DNA of 64,000 nucleotides from a virus (lineage: Duplodnaviria; Caudoviricetes). The stretch is from IMG/VR virus record IMGVR_UViG_3300033498_000048, positions 160,001 through 224,000 of that record; one strand, 5' to 3'. Positions within the stretch are counted from its first letter, which is position 1, and each line of letters opens with the position of its first letter. The translations under genes were made by a program, and so were the position numbers. The notes beneath the pieces were generated by a model that did not search any database, was not told the origin of the DNA, and saw nothing but the letters and a program-made list of their open reading frames with translations. Positions 38,544 to 48,837 of this stretch are shown piece after piece.

Positions 38544-39578
38544 TTACTTAAAACAATTAATATATCTGTTCATTTTGTCATGTTCCGAACCAGTGTTATT
38601 GGTAGGTGTAGTATTTACTTCATCAAACAAAGCCATTTTGATTATAGTTTCTGTATTGGATTCATTGATTAAACGTTTGTTAGTGTTAGTGTTAGCTTTG
38701 GCAACTGTTCTTGTTGGAGGTGAAACAACTTCTTCAATCATCAATTCAACACCACGCTTATATTCAGAATCATTTGAGAATCTCATATTTTCAACTAGAC
38801 TTTCAATTTTTTCTTTTTGTGTGTCAGTTAAATTTCGAGTTGTTTGTTCCAAAACCAACTTTCTATTTAATTCAGAGTTTTTACGTTTTATATTTGCCAT
38901 TTCAAGTAATACTTTATTATGCTCTGTAATACTTTCACCTAATTTGTGTTTTACATCATTGACAGTATTATCTGGATTCAATTGAAATAAATGTCTTGAA
39001 AAGGTTTCTTGTATATCAGCAAATACAGATTTCATATTTCTATAATCAACTGATTCAACCATAGCTTCCATGTTTTCAGAAATGAAATGAGAAACAACAT
39101 AATCCAAATATTGGTCAACTTCGTCAGTCAAGCTTTCAAGTACATATTCACCATAAGATTCAGCAGCTTCTGATAACTTTTGTTTTTCAGCTTCATATTC
39201 AGAACTTAAGTATTGTCCATACGCTTCTGCCTTTTCTGATATTGTTTTCTCAACATATTTTCCATAAGCATTTGCTTGTTCGGTCAATTTAGTGTGTTCC
39301 GATAACGCATAATCACTATATTCAGAAATATTGCTTTCTAAACCATTTAACTTGGAATCATATCCATTTTTAACATAATCTCCATAGGATTCACCTATTT
39401 TCTTTAATCGTTCAACTTCCTCTGTTAAATTGTGTATAGTTTCCTTATAAATGGATTGTTTTTCGGCAACACGTTCAGTTATAGCGGATTCTACCATTAA
39501 CCTTAAATTAACAAGAACATCATCTGAAAGATTGTTCTCACCTAAAAGTTGAGATACTTGTTCCTTTGTTATACTCAT
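38544..39578 (-). CDS. gp22: prohead core scaffold
   Basis: Coiled-coil, VDQYLDYVV, LTDTQKEKI, MNRYI; synteny. Confidence 0.9.
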   Translation of the reverse strand: MSITKEQVSQLLGENNLSDDVLVNLRLMVESAITERVAEKQSIYKETIHNLTEEVERLKKIGESYGDYVKNGYDSKLNGLESNISEYSDYALSEHTKLTEQANAYGKYVEKTISEKAEAYGQYLSSEYEAEKQKLSEAAESYGEYVLESLTDEVDQYLDYVVSHFISENMEAMVESVDYRNMKSVFADIQETFSRHLFQLNPDNTVNDVKHKLGESITEHNKVLLEMANIKRKNSELNRKLVLEQTTRNLTDTQKEKIESLVENMRFSNDSEYKRGVELMIEEVVSPPTRTVAKANTNTNKRLINESNTETIIKMALFDEVNTTPTNNTGSEHDKMNRYINCFK

Positions 39579-39589
39579 TTACATACCCC

Positions 39590-40249
39590 TTATTTAATAT
39601 TTGTTAAAACATAATCAAAGATTTGTCTTAAACCTTCGGTGTTTAATTGATTATTTCTACTCATGGTATTTATAGTTTTTTTGATTTCAGATTCGTGTTC
39701 TATTAACGAACCATTATTCCAATACCATTCTTTATTTTCCATTAGACCAGAAACTAAAGCGTCTGGAGCAGATGGGTCTGAAACAATATCAGCTGCTGTA
39801 ACTAGGAAAAAATCATCACATACAACTTTAACACCATTTTTTTCAGATAATGAACCCAAGCCTCTTGATGATACTCCAATTTGTACATTATCTTTCAGCA
39901 ATCCTTGAACAATTAAACCATTGGGTGTATCTAAAATTAAAGCTTTCCCTATATAATTATCACCATCTTCTATTAAACTAATAATTTTGTGTGATGCGTT
40001 TTTATAAGAAACAACTGGGGAATCAGGATGTTCCAATTCCCCACAAGCTCTATTGGTATTTACAAACTCTTTGATGTATCTCTGAACTTCATTTTTCATT
40101 ATATCTTTTGGATATAATCTACCATTCCGATTTTTAATATTAGATTGTAAGAATATTCCCCCAATATAATATCGTTTTAATCCAACTTCATTTTCTTCAA
40201 TTAGTATGTTAGTTGAGTCTAATTCAGTAGATTCTCTTAGTAATTTCAT
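39590..40249 (-). CDS. gp21: prohead protease
   Basis: GIFLQSNIKNRNGRLYP, GELEHP, GVSSRGLGS, DIVSDPSAPDA. Confidence 0.96.
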   Translation of the reverse strand: MKLLRESTELDSTNILIEENEVGLKRYYIGGIFLQSNIKNRNGRLYPKDIMKNEVQRYIKEFVNTNRACGELEHPDSPVVSYKNASHKIISLIEDGDNYIGKALILDTPNGLIVQGLLKDNVQIGVSSRGLGSLSEKNGVKVVCDDFFLVTAADIVSDPSAPDALVSGLMENKEWYWNNGSLIEHESEIKKTINTMSRNNQLNTEGLRQIFDYVLTNIK

Positions 40250-40258
40250 GTAAATTCC

Positions 40259-41068
40259 TTAACGGTACAATCCCATTTTTGCGCCCTTTTTACGAGTTTT
40301 TGATGCTTTCATAGCGGAACGATGTTTCTCAGATGAACTTTTGCTAGCAGCCAATCTTTGCATTTTTTTAGATGCTAATCTGGAAGCCATTTTATCTGCT
40401 CCAGTTTTAGTTGCTAACTTGCCATTTACGACCTTTTGGTTTTTACCGTGTTCTAATCGTTTTATGACCTTTCCACCTGCACCTAAATGACGACTAATCT
40501 TTTCGTCTAGGTGATAAGATTCACCCATCCAATCTTTCCATTCCATATTATCGACTTGTGCGCCCATATCAAAAGAGCCATCATCGTATGGAAACAAATC
40601 TACTGTGTAATTATCATATTCAGTTTCATCTATAACTCCAGTTATATCTGGGTTTAATTCAATGTCAAAAGTAAATGTATAATTACCATCATCATCAATG
40701 TCATCAATATCGACTTCAGTTGAATATCCTTTAAGTCTATCATTATAAGTTGCTCTCAATTCATAATCATAAACATCATCATCGGAATCAAGATAATCTG
40801 CAAAATCAAAAGCAGCTTGTTTATTCCTCAAATGTAATTCAATTATTCCATCTACATATGAACCAGAATCTGAACCGAAACCTCTAGCTGCAACTTGTAT
40901 TCTAGTAACAACTTCCATTTCTTCATCGGTATAAACTGACCCCTCTGTTATTGTTCGAGCTTTGCGAACCAATCTTTTTTCCAATTCACCTCGGATAGTG
41001 CTGTTAAATTCAATAGAGTTATTTTCTCTTAAATGTTTTTTAACATAATCTTTAAATTGTAGTAACAT
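40259..41068 (-). CDS. prohead core protein (gp67/gp68 position)
   Basis: Between gp20 and gp21; acidic core and basic C-terminus; TATAAATA at 41100-41107. Confidence 0.65.
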   Translation of the reverse strand: MLLQFKDYVKKHLRENNSIEFNSTIRGELEKRLVRKARTITEGSVYTDEEMEVVTRIQVAARGFGSDSGSYVDGIIELHLRNKQAAFDFADYLDSDDDVYDYELRATYNDRLKGYSTEVDIDDIDDDGNYTFTFDIELNPDITGVIDETEYDNYTVDLFPYDDGSFDMGAQVDNMEWKDWMGESYHLDEKISRHLGAGGKVIKRLEHGKNQKVVNGKLATKTGADKMASRLASKKMQRLAASKSSSEKHRSAMKASKTRKKGAKMGLYR

Positions 41069-41110
41069 ATTGTCTCCAGTGTAATATTAATCATTAATAT
41101 ATTTATAAAA

Positions 41111-42610
41111 TTATAATTCAGCTTCAGCAGCAATTGCATCAGCTTCTTCTTTTTGTTTGGTCATGTCTTCAATTTGTTTATCTGTGTATTTTAAAACTGT
41201 TTGTAATATCCATTTATAATCAAAATACTTACCAACGTATGGATCCATACTATCAATCAATCCAACTCGATTTGCTAATATCTCTGCTTCTTTATATTCA
41301 ACAAAATTATTATCTTCAGCATATATCCACTGAATTTGATTCTTCATAGTATTCCAATCATTTTCAGTTATTATATTTTTTAGTAACAATTGGCTTTTTA
41401 ATAAATCACCAATGATTCCATTAACAAACCGTTGTCTCAATCTATCAATAGACTTTTTAAATCTATATTCATCCCTATCAATTTCAACTGAACGACCAAA
41501 CATAAATGGGATTGCGCCATCCCTAGAAAAACGATTAAACGGAACACTTAACGATTTAAAAAACTTATCTTTAAAATACTCGACATCTTCTGTTACTCCA
41601 AGGTTTTCGCCTCCAGGTAATGTTTCGATTTCAGTTCCCTTACCATCACGTCTGGGAAGCCAAAAGTCTTCAACCATGCTTAATATATTTTTTCTATCAA
41701 CTATGTTTCCAGTTTTACTATCATAAACTAACTTGGTTTTAAAACGATTCATCATATCGTGAACGTATTGCTCGGCTTTGTTTTTTGGTAAATTACCAAC
41801 ATCAACGTATATAATTCTACGTTCTGGAGCGCGAGCTACTCGATATATAACAAGACTATCTTCCATTAGCTTTAAATTATTATATGGACCAATTGCTTTA
41901 TATAAGTATCCGATTACATCTCTTGTTTTTTTATTATACAGACCACTATCACAATATGACATGGAATCTGCTGATATTTTTAATCCAGAACCCAATTGAA
42001 CTTTCGATAATGTGTTAATATCATCATACCTTTCAACATAAACAAAATACTCAATTATTTTGTTAATATCTACAGTACCATTTGCGTCTGGTTGTGGAAC
42101 TTCCCTAATCTTTTTAATTTTTAATGGGTCTATTGGAATTATCTTTCTTATTCCAGATTTAGGGTTATCTTGGTCAAGTATTTTATAGATAAACAATCTA
42201 CCATCAATATACCAATCCATGAACAAATTAATTCCAGTATTATGAAAATCAATTATATTATATAAATTAACAAATTCAGTTTTTATTTTATCTTGTATAG
42301 TGGTTGATATGTCACAATCTGGTAAGAACATAATATCAAATGCTCGTTTTCCAACAACATCAAAGATAAACACTTCATTTCTTATTTCAGTTAATGCTAA
42401 ATCGACATCAGCCATTCTAGCCATATTGCGATAAGTGTTAATTAATTCGACTTCTGACTCTGGTATAGTAACTAAATTATAATCTTGAGCTACTATACCA
42501 TTCCCAGCTGCTCCAACCATTTCAGTGGACGGGTCATTTTCTAATTGAAATGTTTTTAATATTTCTTTTTTTGTATCTTTTTTATTAAATACCCAACCAA
42601 ACAATTCCAT
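41111..42610 (-). CDS. gp20: portal protein
   Basis: WYIDGRL, LMEDSLVIYRVARAPERR, EDFWLPRRDG, LPGGENLG; CATAAATA at 42638-42645. Confidence 0.97.
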   Translation of the reverse strand: MELFGWVFNKKDTKKEILKTFQLENDPSTEMVGAAGNGIVAQDYNLVTIPESEVELINTYRNMARMADVDLALTEIRNEVFIFDVVGKRAFDIMFLPDCDISTTIQDKIKTEFVNLYNIIDFHNTGINLFMDWYIDGRLFIYKILDQDNPKSGIRKIIPIDPLKIKKIREVPQPDANGTVDINKIIEYFVYVERYDDINTLSKVQLGSGLKISADSMSYCDSGLYNKKTRDVIGYLYKAIGPYNNLKLMEDSLVIYRVARAPERRIIYVDVGNLPKNKAEQYVHDMMNRFKTKLVYDSKTGNIVDRKNILSMVEDFWLPRRDGKGTEIETLPGGENLGVTEDVEYFKDKFFKSLSVPFNRFSRDGAIPFMFGRSVEIDRDEYRFKKSIDRLRQRFVNGIIGDLLKSQLLLKNIITENDWNTMKNQIQWIYAEDNNFVEYKEAEILANRVGLIDSMDPYVGKYFDYKWILQTVLKYTDKQIEDMTKQKEEADAIAAEAEL

Positions 42611-42658
42611 AAATTAATCTCCAATGTATATTACATCTATTTATGGTTTAATTTTGAA

Positions 42659-43213
42659 TTAAGTTGTAGTAGTAGTTTTCCACCAGTTAAATGCGAATGA
42701 CACCTCAAATTCTTCAACTGAGTTGTTGTTTTCATATCCCAATTCAATTGAACCTAAGCTAGTTGGAAATATTTGTTCAACTGTGTAGGTTTTAACTATA
42801 TTCCCCTCACGGTCTGTTTGTGATACAGCAGCAGTTGAATAATAATTAGATGGATTCATCCAACCTGGAATCGCAATATTACTTTCATGTCCATTAATTC
42901 TATCCATCCACTTTTCAAATGTATCTCTAACAATAAAATCGGTATCATTGATAACAGTTATAGTCCAATCTTCCCAAGTCCTATCACCTGCAACTTTTAC
43001 TTCACGTCCCATATATGGAACAGTTACTGCTTCCATTGTACTACTAGGAATGCTAGTGGCTTTACAAGTAAAACCTAATTTTGTTGGTGCGTATGCCGAG
43101 TTTACCTTTTGTGGAAATGTTAAAATCACTTCATATCGGTTTGGTCTAGCTCCACCACCTTTGAAGTTTGATACGAAATCCGCAACTCGTGGACTTTGTG
43201 TTACAGTAGCCAT
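42659..43213 (-). CDS. gp19: tail tube protein
   Basis: GGARPNRYEV, VKVAGDRTWEDWTITVINDTDF. Confidence 0.96.
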   Translation of the reverse strand: MATVTQSPRVADFVSNFKGGGARPNRYEVILTFPQKVNSAYAPTKLGFTCKATSIPSSTMEAVTVPYMGREVKVAGDRTWEDWTITVINDTDFIVRDTFEKWMDRINGHESNIAIPGWMNPSNYYSTAAVSQTDREGNIVKTYTVEQIFPTSLGSIELGYENNNSVEEFEVSFAFNWWKTTTTT

Positions 43214-43274
43214 GTTTACTCCTTTATTTTGATTAAGGAACGATTAATCAACGTTCCTTAAACGTTAAATTTAA

Positions 43275-45539
43275 TTAAGCGACTTCATCAAACGAAATAC
43301 CTGACTTCGTAGCAACAAAGTTTAGTGTTATGTAATTAATACTTCTAGTTGGTTTAATCAAGATAGTAGCAATAAATTCACCTGTATCGACAACTTCTGG
43401 AGTATTATTGCTTTCATCACAAATTATTTTATATTCATAAATTCCACGTCTACCTTGAACTTCTCGTAAGAATGGTTCTACAATACCAACAAATTGAGTT
43501 CTTGAAAATCTATCATTAAACTCAAATAATTGGTAATTCGCACCTTTTGAAATAGTCAATTCTAATGCAATGAATAAACGTCTAACATTAATCCATTGAA
43601 ATGCACTCGCTTTAGCTTGTAATGTTTTATCACCAAATAATATAGTACCTTCACCTTTAAATGAAACTACTGGGTTAATGTTGTTTGGGTACAAACCATC
43701 CCTAGATTCTTTACTTGGATTATAAGCTAAACTAATAACATTTTTAATTTGACCCCTATTAAATCCAGCTGGAGACCACCATGAATCAAAGTCTTTATCG
43801 ACTAATGCACATAAACCAGCAACATCGGCATTTAATGGAGTCCATGTAGATTGACCAGTCCATTTATTGAATTGTAATTTCCAACCTGAATCCATTACAG
43901 CATAACTAGATGACCTATTAATCAAGTTACGTTTTGCTATAATTGCCAGTTTCGCATCTAATTGGTCTAATCCACGACATTCGTCCAAACTTGGACTAAA
44001 AAATGCAATACAATCTTTTCTAACTTCACAAATATTATCAATAACGTGTTGAATAACTAAATGGTTTGCATCACCCAATATCATCAAACTTGCTGATACT
44101 TTATCAGCATCTTTAAACATATTCCAGCCAGCAATTATATCGTCCGTTGTAATAGTTGTATCATTTGTTCCATTAGACAATTTAACATCATAATGTGATA
44201 ACAATGATTGGAAATTAACTGGAACATCACCAACTGGGTCAAAACAAGGTGTTCCCCACAACGCAGACGTATTATTGAAATTATTTAAATCAGACGTTGA
44301 CATTACAGCAGTTGCAATTGCACCAGTACCATTTCCAGTTATAGTTATTACAGGAGTCGAACCAGCAATATAACCAGACCCTGGATTTGTGATAGTAATT
44401 GCTGTAATTATTCCACCTACAATTACTGCCTCTGCTGTTGCTGGAATACCAGTAATTGGTATGTTGGTTCCAACAATATAATTAGATGGAGGTGCTATAT
44501 TAATCGTTGCTCCAGTATAGCCAGTTCCACCATTTGAAACACTAATTGATGATACACTGACATTACTATCTGAATATGTTAATGTAGCTGTTGCTCCAGT
44601 GCCTCCACCACCTGTCAATTGAATTGTAGGAGCAGATGTATAACCAGAACCCATATTTGTGATAGTGATTGAAGTAACTGTTGTATCATCAACTCCAACC
44701 TCAGTTCCCAAGTGTGCTGTTGCTATTAAACCAGTACCTGACCCACCAATAAAAGATACTACTGGAGCTGTTGTATAACCTGTCCCTGGATTTGTTATCG
44801 TAACTGTTCCAGATATAGACCCAGCTGGATTAAAATATGATGCTCGTGGTTTACCTAAGTATCTAACATATTTTGAGTCTTTGTTAATTACTGAGCCATA
44901 AAAACTAAAGGAATTATCTAAGCCTTTAGCATCAATAGATTTGCTTAAAAATTGGTAAGATTCAAGGACTTTACCTTTAGTGTTTGAGAATGTTCCAAAC
45001 TCATCAATAACAACGATATGAACTTCGTCATTGGTTGCTCCGATTGCTTTAGCGTATTCGCTAGTTCCTGGAGCGAAACTAAACAATGATTTATATTTCC
45101 AATTATGGAAAGTATGTGAGTCAGCTATACTAACTCGAATACCATTGCCTCGTCTTCCAGGATATATCGCTGCAAACTCAGCACTTGAATTTTGTAACGA
45201 TTCTTGGATTAAAAAGAAATGGCTTGAATTTTGTATTTGAACACCTGGACCATATGCAGTAGCATTTAAAGAATCTGTTACTACTCTAACCAGTGTTAAA
45301 TTTGATGAATAGTCTAGGAAGTTTGCAGCAGTAAACCACGATACCGTATTTTCAGGTGATGGTGTGTTGAATATTCCAACCAATTCTTGTTGTTTTGTTA
45401 CAGTTTTTAAATCAAATGCGGGACCCCAGTCAAACTGACCTACAACAGCTCCACCACTTGTACTAACTGCCGAATCGTATCCTGATAAGTTGTTTTCGTG
45501 TATCGACACTCCAGGGCTTAATCTATCTTCAGCACTCAT
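43275..45539 (-). CDS. gp18: tail sheath protein with a repeat-domain insertion
   Basis: LSPGVSI, GQFDWGP, WWSPAGFNRG, INVRRLF, IKPTRSINYI. Confidence 0.96.
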   Translation of the reverse strand: MSAEDRLSPGVSIHENNLSGYDSAVSTSGGAVVGQFDWGPAFDLKTVTKQQELVGIFNTPSPENTVSWFTAANFLDYSSNLTLVRVVTDSLNATAYGPGVQIQNSSHFFLIQESLQNSSAEFAAIYPGRRGNGIRVSIADSHTFHNWKYKSLFSFAPGTSEYAKAIGATNDEVHIVVIDEFGTFSNTKGKVLESYQFLSKSIDAKGLDNSFSFYGSVINKDSKYVRYLGKPRASYFNPAGSISGTVTITNPGTGYTTAPVVSFIGGSGTGLIATAHLGTEVGVDDTTVTSITITNMGSGYTSAPTIQLTGGGGTGATATLTYSDSNVSVSSISVSNGGTGYTGATINIAPPSNYIVGTNIPITGIPATAEAVIVGGIITAITITNPGSGYIAGSTPVITITGNGTGAIATAVMSTSDLNNFNNTSALWGTPCFDPVGDVPVNFQSLLSHYDVKLSNGTNDTTITTDDIIAGWNMFKDADKVSASLMILGDANHLVIQHVIDNICEVRKDCIAFFSPSLDECRGLDQLDAKLAIIAKRNLINRSSSYAVMDSGWKLQFNKWTGQSTWTPLNADVAGLCALVDKDFDSWWSPAGFNRGQIKNVISLAYNPSKESRDGLYPNNINPVVSFKGEGTILFGDKTLQAKASAFQWINVRRLFIALELTISKGANYQLFEFNDRFSRTQFVGIVEPFLREVQGRRGIYEYKIICDESNNTPEVVDTGEFIATILIKPTRSINYITLNFVATKSGISFDEVA

Positions 45540-45845
45540 ATCTACTCCTTTAATAAGTATGTTTAATATTTTTATATTTATTAATTATCATATTTTGATT
45601 GACATTAATATGGAAATTGTTTATGATACTTTCATCTTAATCCAACTTGGAGTCATAATGAGTTTAACATACACACAAAAAGAACACTACAACACATCAA
45701 AGATACTATTAAACATAGATATGTTCCAATTGTAATTAAGTATAATAAAGCTACAATTAGAGCATTAGACCATAAAGGATATTTGAAAGTGAATTATGCC
45801 ACTGGGGTTATTACAACAACAGATTTGGGAAATGAACCAATTTAA

Positions 45846-46934
45846 TTATGTACCATCGCTGAAGAATCCAAATATTAAATGATTGGATTCTTCATTGTTT
45901 AAATAATTTTCACGCATTGACATTCTAGTGTCTAAATTTGTTAAATCGTAAAAATAGTCTTGACTTGTTAGCCATGCAAATATAACTAAGGTCATTACAA
46001 TATCATCGTGTTTACCACGTTCAGCTTCATAGGAAGTTCCCTTCTTAATAAACATAGTCAACTCTGTAATTGTATTGTAATCTACTAATTCTAAGGTATC
46101 ACTTTCAATTAGATTTTTTAATGTACTACATCCTATTAATTTGGTCTTTTTAGTTTGTCTTATTCCAACAATACTTGAATCTGTTATTATCGTATCTCCC
46201 TGCTTAGATTTTGATGTTAGCATATTTTCATATTCATATTCATAATACAATATGTTTGCTACTATTGTTCCAACACTATTGGATTCAATTACAATATAAG
46301 CATCATTATACTTTTTCGAGATGTGATATGATTCATCTGCAAACATAAAAGGAACAATTTGATTGTTCCTATAAACAGCAACTTGTTTATATCGCTTCTC
46401 AGTGACATCAATTATTGATATTACAGAATAGTCTTTGCCCATTCCCTCAGCAACATCAATAATTGAAATGTACGAATTACCTTGAATTGGATGCTCATAA
46501 ATGTATAAAGAATCGTTGATAACTTCTAATGGTTGTTTGTGGGTTAATTGTTGTAATTTCTTACCTGATATTAATGTACCAGAACTTCCAAGGAAATTAC
46601 AATTGTGACTGAGTATTCCATTAGTGTAATAAACACTATCTGTTCCAACATCAATTAAATCATACATTTCAATTGGAACATCTATCAGCTCTTTGTCAAT
46701 AACAAAACAACCATCCATATTAGTATCAACAAAATCACCTATAACCAACTCAATTGCCGTTTTTATTCCATCAATGGTAACTAATGGATGATTATCAGAA
46801 CATACCAAGTTAGTTCCATTAGAAAAACTTAACTTGATTTGCCTATCTTTGTTAATTTTATTAATCCCAATAAACGGTTCAAACCCATTAGGTGTTAAAA
46901 CTGTTAATTGTAAGTTGTTTGTTAATGTTGTCAT
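45846..46934 (-). CDS. gp17: terminase large subunit piece C (IntC-2 plus nuclease domain)
   Basis: After SHN|C come CNFLGSSGTLISG, DVAEGMGKDYS, IESN, HDDIVM. Confidence 0.95.
   Translation of the reverse strand: MTTLTNNLQLTVLTPNGFEPFIGINKINKDRQIKLSFSNGTNLVCSDNHPLVTIDGIKTAIELVIGDFVDTNMDGCFVIDKELIDVPIEMYDLIDVGTDSVYYTNGILSHNCNFLGSSGTLISGKKLQQLTHKQPLEVINDSLYIYEHPIQGNSYISIIDVAEGMGKDYSVISIIDVTEKRYKQVAVYRNNQIVPFMFADESYHISKKYNDAYIVIESNSVGTIVANILYYEYEYENMLTSKSKQGDTIITDSSIVGIRQTKKTKLIGCSTLKNLIESDTLELVDYNTITELTMFIKKGTSYEAERGKHDDIVMTLVIFAWLTSQDYFYDLTNLDTRMSMRENYLNNEESNHLIFGFFSDGT
46602..46934 (-). mobile_element. atypical split intein C-fragment 2 (111 aa), AceL-TerL-like
   Basis: VLTPNGF...LVCSDNHPL...MYDLIDV...YYTNGILSHN|C. 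Confidence 0.92.
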
Positions 46935-46949
46935 TATTATTCCATATCG

Positions 46950-48299
46950 TTATATGACATTGCAATTCAATCTATTATTTGTTGGATATACTGAAACCTT
47001 ATCAATAACATGACTATCAATTATTATTGAGTGTATTGTTCTTCCTATAAACGATTGTTTGTTTAGCCTTTCAACATATATTTTAACCCCGTTTTGCGAC
47101 TCGACTGATTTCTTCAATCTGTGTTTTAGTGGACTCTTTAATACCATGCAATCACTCGTAATTCCATTATACAATTCAATTATTTTATTTAATATTTCAC
47201 ATCCAATTATACTTTTACCAACAACTATTGGAATAGTTAAATTTGAATTAAATGCTAAACTAATAGCAGCATCATATATTAAATTGTTTGATATTTCAAA
47301 ATCGCGAGTACAATATTCTGGAGTTTGACTATTGTTAATTAATTGATATAAATCTCCAAATGTAATATTGTTACAAATTGAATTTTCGGATTTAATTATA
47401 ACTTCGGTATTAGCGGAACAACAATCATATTCTTGTGAGAAATTTTGTGTCCCAATATTACTTTCGGTTGTTTGTCTCCACGCTTCATCGCGTTCTGGGT
47501 GGTCATACCACAAATATTTACTCCTAACAAACTCATTTCTACCCTGTTCAGATTCAATCCACAGTTTGTAAAACAAATTCATACCTTTTGGAGTAGACGT
47601 GATTATCACCTTAGTTGTTTTTCCAGATGATATTACTGGGTAGGTTGATTCAAAAAATTCAACATCATTGTCAATATGGGCGAACTCATCACAGTAGAGT
47701 GTTCCAACTGATTTACCCCTGATGGAACTTGATGATGTTGCTGCACTAAAACACTTTGAACCATTCGCCAGTGTGATACTTGTTTTGTTCCAAGTTACAA
47801 CTCCAGGTTTTAAAAACCAAGGCAACTCCTCAAACATCTTACATAAACGGTCTAATATTTCTGCGGAAGTAGCTCCCTTATTTGCTAATATTCCAATCGA
47901 CTTATTACTATTGAATATTGCCTCATATAACAAATAGGCTGCTGCTGTTGTTGTATTGTGACTTACTATTCCATTTGAATAATATTGGTGTGATTCAGAA
48001 TCAACTTCAACATCATACATATTCTCGTATTCAGTTGTATTAGTAATTGATATTACTTTTGATGTACCGTTAATAGTTTTAATCACATCACCAATTATTA
48101 AGTCTTTAACAAATACTTCGGAATTGTATTCTGACATTACTATATGCGTATCTGCACACTCTAATTTTGCTCCACAATCAAACTCAACAACCCATTTTTC
48201 ATACGGAACAGTTTTCATTACATTTGTACAATTTACCCAACCTTCTGGGGTAAATACTTCCCAATCTGTAATTGGAATAACCCTCTCAAACTTCCTCAT
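46950..48299 (-). CDS. gp17: terminase large subunit piece B (IntC-1 + ATPase core + IntN-2 + extra tail)
   Basis: SHN|TTTAAAYLL, ILANK, IRGKSVGTLYCDEFAH, STPKGMN, FSQEYD|CCSANT. Confidence 0.95.
   Translation of the reverse strand: MRKFERVIPITDWEVFTPEGWVNCTNVMKTVPYEKWVVEFDCGAKLECADTHIVMSEYNSEVFVKDLIIGDVIKTINGTSKVISITNTTEYENMYDVEVDSESHQYYSNGIVSHNTTTAAAYLLYEAIFNSNKSIGILANKGATSAEILDRLCKMFEELPWFLKPGVVTWNKTSITLANGSKCFSAATSSSSIRGKSVGTLYCDEFAHIDNDVEFFESTYPVISSGKTTKVIITSTPKGMNLFYKLWIESEQGRNEFVRSKYLWYDHPERDEAWRQTTESNIGTQNFSQEYDCCSANTEVIIKSENSICNNITFGDLYQLINNSQTPEYCTRDFEISNNLIYDAAISLAFNSNLTIPIVVGKSIIGCEILNKIIELYNGITSDCMVLKSPLKHRLKKSVESQNGVKIYVERLNKQSFIGRTIHSIIIDSHVIDKVSVYPTNNRLNCNVI
47334..47423 (-). 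mobile_element. atypical split intein N-fragment 2 (about 30 aa)
   Basis: CCSANTEVIIK...NITFGDLYQLI parallels short TerL-type IntN (C..xT.V...I.DLY). The end coordinate is approximate. Confidence 0.85.
47955..48299 (-). mobile_element. atypical split intein C-fragment 1 (115 aa)
   Basis: EVFTPEGW...LECADTHIV...MYDVEV...YYSNGIVSHN|T. Confidence 0.92.
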
Positions 48300-48837
48300 T
48301 TATGATTCCATTTATCAACTTCAATGTATCACATTGGTCACTAGGTGTGTCATTATTTACTAATATAGTATTAGCAAAATTTGATTTTAATATATTGCGT
48401 ATTTTAGTTTTTCTACCCTTTAAGAATGTTTGATTTTGGTTACTACCTCTATCCAAATACCGTTTTTCCAAGTCTGTTGATTGTAAACATATAATATGTA
48501 AGGTTGTGTTTGCAATCTTAGAATAATACTCGAATAAACTAGATGACGATAACCTATCCCCTTCAAAAATAATTGTTGAATTTGTATTAATATCATCTAT
48601 TATAAATTCTTTAAATACTGGCATTACATTCATAGCCAACTTGTCTGTTCCAGAAAATGTTTCTGTTGGATTAGAGTAATCGCCAACTATTTTAACAACA
48701 CCAATATCATGGTACTTAACCAATTTCATATACTTCTTCATATCGGTTACATCAACGTTCAATGATTCAATTAACCGTTTCATTAAAGATGTTTTCCCAG
48801 TTCCAGGCTCGCCTATTATTGCTATCATTTTTTGCAT
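48286..48837 (-). CDS. P-loop kinase of the 5-hydroxymethyluracil DNA kinase type
   Basis: IGEPGTGKT, FSGTDKL, IIFEGDRL; adjacent to the aGPT-Pplase gene. Confidence 0.75.
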   Translation of the reverse strand: MQKMIAIIGEPGTGKTSLMKRLIESLNVDVTDMKKYMKLVKYHDIGVVKIVGDYSNPTETFSGTDKLAMNVMPVFKEFIIDDINTNSTIIFEGDRLSSSSLFEYYSKIANTTLHIICLQSTDLEKRYLDRGSNQNQTFLKGRKTKIRNILKSNFANTILVNNDTPSDQCDTLKLINGIINEEV

